A stretch of DNA of 30,998 nt from Acidimicrobiia bacterium. GTDB taxonomy: Bacteria > Actinomycetota > Acidimicrobiia > Spongiisociales > Spongiisociaceae. The DNA is taken from positions 1 to 30,998 of the forward strand of contig JBFGLM010000050.1 of NCBI GenBank assembly GCA_041576165.1, read 5' to 3'. This document shows positions 25,600 through 30,998 of the stretch, one piece after another. Positions within the stretch are counted from its first letter, which is position 1. Each line of letters begins with the position of its first letter. Under the pieces are notes generated by a model. It was not told where the DNA came from and searched no databases. It was given only the letters and a program-made list of their open reading frames with translations. Made by a program: the position numbers and the translations under genes.

Positions 25600-27615
25600 T
25601 CACCGGGTGGCTTCGGCCACTTCTTTCAACTCCCGGCGGAGTTCGGCGATCTCGTCCCGCAGGCGGGCGGCGTACTCGAACCGTAGTTCACCGGCCGCCT
25701 CGTGCATCTCCTCTTCCAGGCTCTGGATCAGACGCCGCATATCGTCACCCGCCAAGTTCAACGGCTCGCGCTGGCGAACCTCCGAGCGACGCCGCTCCAC
25801 CGACGGGCCGTCGGTGGACGACGACACCAGCTCCAAGATATCGGATACTTTCTTGCGGATCGTCTGCGGGTCGATGCCGTGCTCCTCGTTGTACTGAAGC
25901 TGGAGCATCCGCCGCCGGTTCGTCTCATTGATGGCGGACTTCATCGAGTCCGTCACATCATCTGCGTACATGATCACTTGTCCCTCGACGTTGCGGGCGG
26001 CCCGGCCGATGATCTGGATCAGGCTGGTCTGTGAGCGGAGGAACCCTTCCTTGTCCGCGTCGAGAATCGCTACGAGCGAAACCTCCGGCAGATCGAGGCC
26101 TTCACGCAGCAGGTTGATGCCCACCAACACATCGAACTCCCCCAGGCGCAGGTCTCGCAGCAGCTGCACCCGTTCCAGCGTGTCGATCTCGGAGTGGAGG
26201 TAGCGGGCGCGCACCCCCATCTCCAGCAGATAGTCGGTGAGGTCCTCGGACATCTTCTTGGTCAAGGTCGTGACCAGCACCCGGTGGTCCTGAGCTGCCC
26301 GTTCCTTGATCTCATGGAGCAGGTCGTCGATCTGGCCTTTCGTCGGCCGGATGATCACTTCTGGATCCACCAGCCCGGTCGGGCGGACGATCTGCTCCAC
26401 AACCTGCTCCGAGGTGCGCAGCTCAAAGGGTCCGGGCGTGGCGGACATGAACACCACCTGGCCTGTCTTCTCCAACCATTCGTCGAAACGGAGTGGCCGG
26501 TTGTCCATCGCCGACGGCAAGCGGAACCCGTGCTTGACGAGTTCTTCCTTGCGGCTCCGGTCCCCCTCGTACTGACCGTTGAGCTGCGGAATGGCGACGT
26601 GGCTCTCGTCGATCACCGTCAGGAAGTCGTCGGGGAAATAGTCGAGCAGCGTGTACGGCGCCTCTCCCGGTTCCCTGCCGTCCAGGTGGCGGCTGTAGTT
26701 CTCGATCCCCGAACAGAAGCCGACCTCGCGCATCATCTCGAGGTCATAGGTGGTTCGCATACGGAGCCGCTGCGCCTCGAGCAACGTGCCCTGCTGCTCC
26801 AGCTCGGCGAGGCGCTCCTGCAGTTCCTGTTCGATGGTTTCCATCGCCCGTGCCATGCGCTCCTGGGAGGTGGCGTAGTGGCTGGCGGGATACACCCACA
26901 GCTCAGCGAGCTCCTCTATGATCTCGCCGGTAACGGGGTTCATCTTCAAGATCCGCTCGACCTCGTCGCCGAAGAACTCGACTCGGGCGATCGTCTCCTC
27001 GTAGGCTGGAAATACCTCGAGGGTGTCGCCCTTCACCCGAAACTTGCCGCGGATCAGATTGACCTCGTTGCGCTCGTATTGGATGTCGATCAGCCGCCGC
27101 ATGGCCTGGTCCATCGGGTACTCGACGCCTTTGATGAGCCGCAGGAGCTGGCCCGAGTACTGGTCGGGGCTGCCGAGACCGTAGATGCAGGAGACGGAGG
27201 CCACGATGATGACGTCGTCGCGGAACAGCAGTGAGCTGGTCGCGGCGTGACGGAGGCGGTCGATCTCGTCGTTGATGGTGGCGTCTTTCTCGATGTAGGT
27301 GTCGGTGGACGCGATGTAGGCCTCGGGTTGGTAGTAGTCGTAGTAGCTGACGAAATACTCGACCCGGTTCTCCGGGAAGAACTGGCGAAACTCGCTCGCC
27401 AGCTGGGCTGCCAGCGCCTTGTTGGGAGCGATGACGAGAGTTGGCCGCTGGGCCCGCTCGATCATCCAGGCGACCGTGGCCGACTTGCCGGAGCCGGTGA
27501 TCCCCAACAGCGTCTGGAAGTTGTGGCCGTGTTCGAGTCCCTCCACCAACGCGGTAATGGCGGCCGGCTGATCTCCGGCCGGCGCAAAGTCGGATTGAAC
27601 CACGAATGGAGGCAT
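25600..27615 (-). CDS. uvrB: Excinuclease ABC subunit B
   Basis: [47 protein letters not shown]-terminal UVR domain. Confidence 0.98.
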   Translation of the reverse strand: MPPFVVQSDFAPAGDQPAAITALVEGLEHGHNFQTLLGITGSGKSATVAWMIERAQRPTLVIAPNKALAAQLASEFRQFFPENRVEYFVSYYDYYQPEAYIASTDTYIEKDATINDEIDRLRHAATSSLLFRDDVIIVASVSCIYGLGSPDQYSGQLLRLIKGVEYPMDQAMRRLIDIQYERNEVNLIRGKFRVKGDTLEVFPAYEETIARVEFFGDEVERILKMNPVTGEIIEELAELWVYPASHYATSQERMARAMETIEQELQERLAELEQQGTLLEAQRLRMRTTYDLEMMREVGFCSGIENYSRHLDGREPGEAPYTLLDYFPDDFLTVIDESHVAIPQLNGQYEGDRSRKEELVKHGFRLPSAMDNRPLRFDEWLEKTGQVVFMSATPGPFELRTSEQVVEQIVRPTGLVDPEVIIRPTKGQIDDLLHEIKERAAQDHRVLVTTLTKKMSEDLTDYLLEMGVRARYLHSEIDTLERVQLLRDLRLGEFDVLVGINLLREGLDLPEVSLVAILDADKEGFLRSQTSLIQIIGRAARNVEGQVIMYADDVTDSMKSAINETNRRRMLQLQYNEEHGIDPQTIRKKVSDILELVSSSTDGPSVERRRSEVRQREPLNLAGDDMRRLIQSLEEEMHEAAGELRFEYAARLRDEIAELRRELKEVAEATR

Positions 27616-27624
27616 GTACCCGTC

Positions 27625-27646
27625 AGCTTACGATGCGGCTATGACA
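27625..27646 (-). promoter_or_regulatory. PafBC/RecA-NDp-type DNA-damage promoter of uvrB
   Basis: TGTCAT-N10-TAAGCT, 9 nt before the ATG; fits the TGTC(R)-N-N10-TANNNT architecture. Confidence 0.6.
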
Positions 27647-27682
27647 TTCGGAACGAGGCCGCCAGCGGCCGTCACGGCGGCC

Positions 27683-28312
27683 TCAGCCTTGCTGCTCGGG
27701 CCGGGCGGACAGGCCGGCCTCGTCGGGCGCTTGGTCCGATCCTTCCCTCAACCTGGCCAGCAGCGCCTCGGTTTGAGCACGTAGCTCACCGACGCTCCCG
27801 CTGTTGTCAAGCACGTGGTCGGCCAGCTCGATCCACTCCCGGCGGGACGGCTGTGCGGCCATACGCTCCCTGATCTCGTCATCGGTCATGCCCCGGGACA
27901 GGAGACGTTGCCGGCGCACACCGTCCGGCGCATCCACGACTATACGGCTCCACCCGGGCCCGAGTAGATCGTCGGGCAGAGGAAGCTCAACCAGCACCAC
28001 CTCGGACCCCGAGGAGTCCACGAGTCGCTCGATTCGACTGGTGATCGCCGGGTGCGTGATCGCCTGCAGCTGTTCGAGCCGGGACGGGTCAGAGAATACG
28101 ATCCGGCCCAGAGCCCTTCGGTCGATCTCTCCGTCGACCACCACTTCCGGCCAGAGCTCGGCCACCTGCTCAAACGCCTCACCGTCCGACGCCAGCACTG
28201 AGTGACCGACCAGGTCGGCATCGATTACGTGAACTCCCAGTTCGGACGCGATCCGGGCGGCTGTTGACTTGCCTGAGCCGATGCCGCCGCTGAGGATGAG
28301 ACGTAGCGCCAT
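27683..28312 (-). CDS. coaE: Dephospho-CoA kinase
   Basis: LSGGIGSGKST, IDAD, IDRRALGRIVF, ITHP, ADHVLDNSG; conserved position before uvrB. Confidence 0.95.
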   Translation of the reverse strand: MALRLILSGGIGSGKSTAARIASELGVHVIDADLVGHSVLASDGEAFEQVAELWPEVVVDGEIDRRALGRIVFSDPSRLEQLQAITHPAITSRIERLVDSSGSEVVLVELPLPDDLLGPGWSRIVVDAPDGVRRQRLLSRGMTDDEIRERMAAQPSRREWIELADHVLDNSGSVGELRAQTEALLARLREGSDQAPDEAGLSARPEQQG

Positions 28313-28340
28313 GCGCAGAAAACGATACTCTGGGGGTTGC

Positions 28341-29867
28341 ATGACGCTCGATACGCAACGGTGGGAACGCCGATTCGACGGGCTGCTGATGGCGCTGGCG
28401 TGGGTCACGCTGGGCATCGGTGTGTTCGTGACGTTCCTCAACGCCCGACCGTCGCCTGATTCCAGTGTGATCACTGCGGCCGCGGCTGCCACCACGTACG
28501 TGCTCGGGTTGCAGGCCATCCCCCGGCGCTTTTTCCGAGAACGGCGCCGGCTGACCGCCGAATCGGTTTCACTGGTCGGCTCGGCTTTGTGCATGGCCGC
28601 AGTAGGGCTCACCGGTGGGCCGAACAGCGACTATTTGCTGCTGTCGCTGACACCGGTCCTGTTCGGTGCGTTCTTCGGCGGATTCCGGATCGGGCTGGCG
28701 ACTGCCGCCTTCTCGGGCGCGTTGCTGTTCGCCCAATCAGTCGGGCTCGGCGAGGGATTCCAGGACGAACTGTCGGGGATGGTGCGGTGGGGATTCCTCT
28801 ACGTCCTGGTGGCGATCACGTTCGCGCAGGCTCGCCGGCTGCTCGTCGAGGAACAGCAGCGAGCCTTCGCCTTTGCGGCCGCATCCGAGGAGGCCCAGCT
28901 GCGGCTCGCCCGGCTGGAGAGCGCCAACGAACTACTCAACCGCCTGTCGGACATCGCCGACTCCAGCGAGCTCAACCCGATCGAGGTCGGGGAAGCCGCG
29001 CTGGAGGGGCTGAGCCGGATCATCCCGCTCAAAGCGGGCCTGACGGCGCTGGCGTCCGATACGGGCCCGGTCGTGGTGGCTCGCCGCGGTGCGGAGGGAC
29101 CCAACGACGTCAAGACCTCGATCCCACTCCAGGTCGGAAATCGCGATGTCGGGCTGATCGTGCTGACGACCGACGAGGAACTGACCCCTCTCCAGCGCAG
29201 CCTGGCGGAGAATTCGGTGCGGCCGGTGTCACTGGCGTTCGCCAACGTCCAACTGCTCCAGGACATCGCCCGAAGAGCGATCAAGGAAGAAAGGCACAGG
29301 CTGGCCCGTGAGCTCCACGACGAGATCGGCCCGTCGCTGGCTTCCCTGGGATTGGCGGTTGATCTCGCCATGCTGCAAAACCCGACCGAACCGGCGATCT
29401 CCGGACACCTTCAGAGCCTGCGCGCCTCGGTCGGCGGTCTGGTGGACGAGATCAGATCAACCGTCGCCGACCTGCGCGAGGACGAGCAGCCGTCGCTGAC
29501 TGAAGCCATCCAACGTACGCTGCGGAAAGCCGGTGATATCGAACCAACCATCGTCGTCGAGCTCGACGAGCAACGTCCGCCCCGGCCCAGCATTGCGGCC
29601 GACATCGCTGCTATCACCACCGAGGCACTTCGCAACGCAATCATCCATTCCGAGGCGAGCACAGTCACGGTCAAAGGTGTGAGCGACTTCGACAAGGGAA
29701 CGGTGATCGTCCACGATGACGGATTGGGGTTCTCACCGGCTAAGGTCCCATCCGGGCACTTCGGCCTGGTCGGCATGGAGGAACGTGCCCACAAGATCGA
29801 GGCGTCGCTGGACATTGTGAGCGGCGCGTCCGGCACGACCGTTACCGTTTCATGGGGAGATGCATGA
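28341..29867 (+). CDS. Membrane sensor histidine kinase (HisKA_3 type)
   Basis: About six TM segments; ERHRLARELHDEIG, EALRNAIIHS, DDGLGF, GHFGLVGMEERA. Confidence 0.93.
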   Translation: MTLDTQRWERRFDGLLMALAWVTLGIGVFVTFLNARPSPDSSVITAAAAATTYVLGLQAIPRRFFRERRRLTAESVSLVGSALCMAAVGLTGGPNSDYLLLSLTPVLFGAFFGGFRIGLATAAFSGALLFAQSVGLGEGFQDELSGMVRWGFLYVLVAITFAQARRLLVEEQQRAFAFAAASEEAQLRLARLESANELLNRLSDIADSSELNPIEVGEAALEGLSRIIPLKAGLTALASDTGPVVVARRGAEGPNDVKTSIPLQVGNRDVGLIVLTTDEELTPLQRSLAENSVRPVSLAFANVQLLQDIARRAIKEERHRLARELHDEIGPSLASLGLAVDLAMLQNPTEPAISGHLQSLRASVGGLVDEIRSTVADLREDEQPSLTEAIQRTLRKAGDIEPTIVVELDEQRPPRPSIAADIAAITTEALRNAIIHSEASTVTVKGVSDFDKGTVIVHDDGLGFSPAKVPSGHFGLVGMEERAHKIEASLDIVSGASGTTVTVSWGDA

Positions 29868-30496
29868 CCAGCGTTGTCATCGCCGATGACCACGTCCTAT
29901 TTGCAGACGGTGTCAGCCAAGCACTCGCCGCGGTTCCCGACATCGACGTGCTCGCCACGGCGCCCAACGGGCGTGAGCTCGTCAAGCTGCTCGATGAGCT
30001 CACGCCCGACGTGCTGCTCGTCGACCTCGAAATGCCCGAGCTGGACGGGTTGGGCGCGCTGCGGGAACTCAGCGGCCGGCATCCGCCGGCCATCGTCGTG
30101 ACGATGCACGCCACCGCCGACCGGCGGGAGGCGGCCCGGGAGGCGGGCGCCACCGGGTTCCTCTCCAAATCGACGCCGCTGCCGGATCTGGCCGCTGCGA
30201 TTCGGGCGGCCGCGGCCGGCGAGACGATTCTCGAATCTGCCACATTGCGTGAGATCCTCGATAGCTATCAGGATCCGGTGCTGGATCCCGGAGCGGCTTC
30301 GCTCACGGCCCGGGAGCGAGAGTTGCTGGCCGTCCTGGCGCAAGGCGTCTCGTCAACCGACGACCTCGCCGATCAGCTCTTCATCTCGCAGAAGACCGTG
30401 AAGAACCACCTGGCCAACATCTACGAGAAGCTCGGCGTCAGCGACCGCACGCAGGCGGCCGTCGAGGCCATCAGGCTGGGCCTGGTCCGCAAATGA
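29864..30496 (+). CDS. NarL/LuxR-family response regulator
   Basis: IADDH, LVDLEMPELDG, GFLSK, LTAREREL, KTVKNHLANIYEKL; ATGA overlap with the kinase. Confidence 0.95.
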   Translation: MTSVVIADDHVLFADGVSQALAAVPDIDVLATAPNGRELVKLLDELTPDVLLVDLEMPELDGLGALRELSGRHPPAIVVTMHATADRREAAREAGATGFLSKSTPLPDLAAAIRAAAAGETILESATLREILDSYQDPVLDPGAASLTARERELLAVLAQGVSSTDDLADQLFISQKTVKNHLANIYEKLGVSDRTQAAVEAIRLGLVRK

Positions 30497-30577
30497 GCCC
30501 CTCGACCTATGGTGGCGAACACCGTGGGTGGTAGGGTTGCTACTGCAGCACCACATCCCTAGCCAAGGAGGGTCCAC

Positions 30578-30766
30578 ATGCTTGCGATTTGGACGCGTTT
30601 GCAGGAGCGGTTCGCCGCAGAAGATCGGGGCGCCAGCCTCGTGGAGTACGCGCTCCTGGTCGTGTTGATCGCGATCGTCGCCATTCTGGCGATCCAGTTC
30701 GCCGGTAATCAGGTTTCGGACACGTTCTCTGAGATCGGTTCCAACCTCTCCAACACCAGCAACTAG
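30578..30766 (+). CDS. flp: Flp family type IVb pilin
   Basis: AAGGAGG RBS; DRG/ASLVEYALL prepilin cleavage and Flp motif, then a hydrophobic helix. Confidence 0.92.
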   Translation: MLAIWTRLQERFAAEDRGASLVEYALLVVLIAIVAILAIQFAGNQVSDTFSEIGSNLSNTSN

Positions 30767-30781
30767 CAGATCGGCGACCGG

Positions 30782-30952
30782 ATGCCAGGACGGTTGCGCT
30801 TGAAGAGCGAAGTCGGCGCTGGTCTTGTGGAGTTTGCGCTGCTCATCTCGCTCATCGTGCTGGTGGCGTTCGTCGCAGTGCAGTTCGCAGGACGAGAGAC
30901 ATCGTCGATGTGGAGTGAGATCGACTCGGCCATAAGCCAGTCGTCGAACTAG
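30782..30952 (+). CDS. Second Flp-like pilin (56 aa, not in the ORF track)
   Basis: MPGRLRLKSEVG/AGLVEFALLISLIVLVAFVAVQFAGRETSSMWSEIDSAISQSSN; shares QFAG and SEI with the first pilin. Confidence 0.85.
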   Translation: MPGRLRLKSEVGAGLVEFALLISLIVLVAFVAVQFAGRETSSMWSEIDSAISQSSN

Positions 30953-30978
30953 ACACAACGACACGAACAACAGGAAGC

Positions 30979-30998
30979 GGGCGGCCCTGGGGCCGCCC
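30979..30998 (+). terminator. Hairpin after the pilin pair, probable terminator
   Basis: GGGCGGCC-CTGG-GGCCGCCC perfect 8-bp stem; any U-tract would be beyond the window. Confidence 0.5.

Noticed and set aside
5321-27234. Numerous long antisense ORFs (e.g. 5321-6349, 8785-9711, 18414-19565, 26194-27234)
   Set aside because: Expected in high-GC DNA opposite real genes; no recognisable motifs.
30497-30577. Riboswitch (e.g. c-di-GMP) upstream of flp
   Set aside because: Some pairing potential (TAGGG/CCCTA) but no recognisable conserved riboswitch motif.

Overview
High-GC actinobacterial chromosome segment; an Acidimicrobiia-like source is my inference from gene content. The backbone runs mostly on the minus strand: coaE, uvrB, uvrA, uvrC, rapZ, yvcK, pgk, tpiA, gpmA, secG, an orphan family-5 solute-binding protein and tRNA-Leu(GAG). 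whiA and gap are missing from their usual place. Left of the tRNA is the decayed end of an integrated element: a large serine recombinase C-terminus split by a ~2.24 kb insert that carries a secreted S8 protease with 15 Trp-containing pentapeptide repeats and an IS110 scrap. Between uvrB and uvrA is a ~9.3 kb cell-envelope island with three GT-C-like membrane glycosyltransferases and a tight four-gene operon. The operon encodes a 47-aa 'YIDxGTG' membrane peptide, a NoeA-like kinase-fold/methyltransferase fusion and two paralogous Thr-nucleophile sulfatase-fold membrane enzymes, behind a sigma-28-like promoter. It is the best candidate for an undescribed system. The right end has a HisKA_3/NarL two-component pair and two Flp pilins, one absent from the ORF track. 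A LexA box precedes uvrA and a PafBC-type promoter motif precedes uvrB. All calls come from reading motifs by eye; no searches were run.
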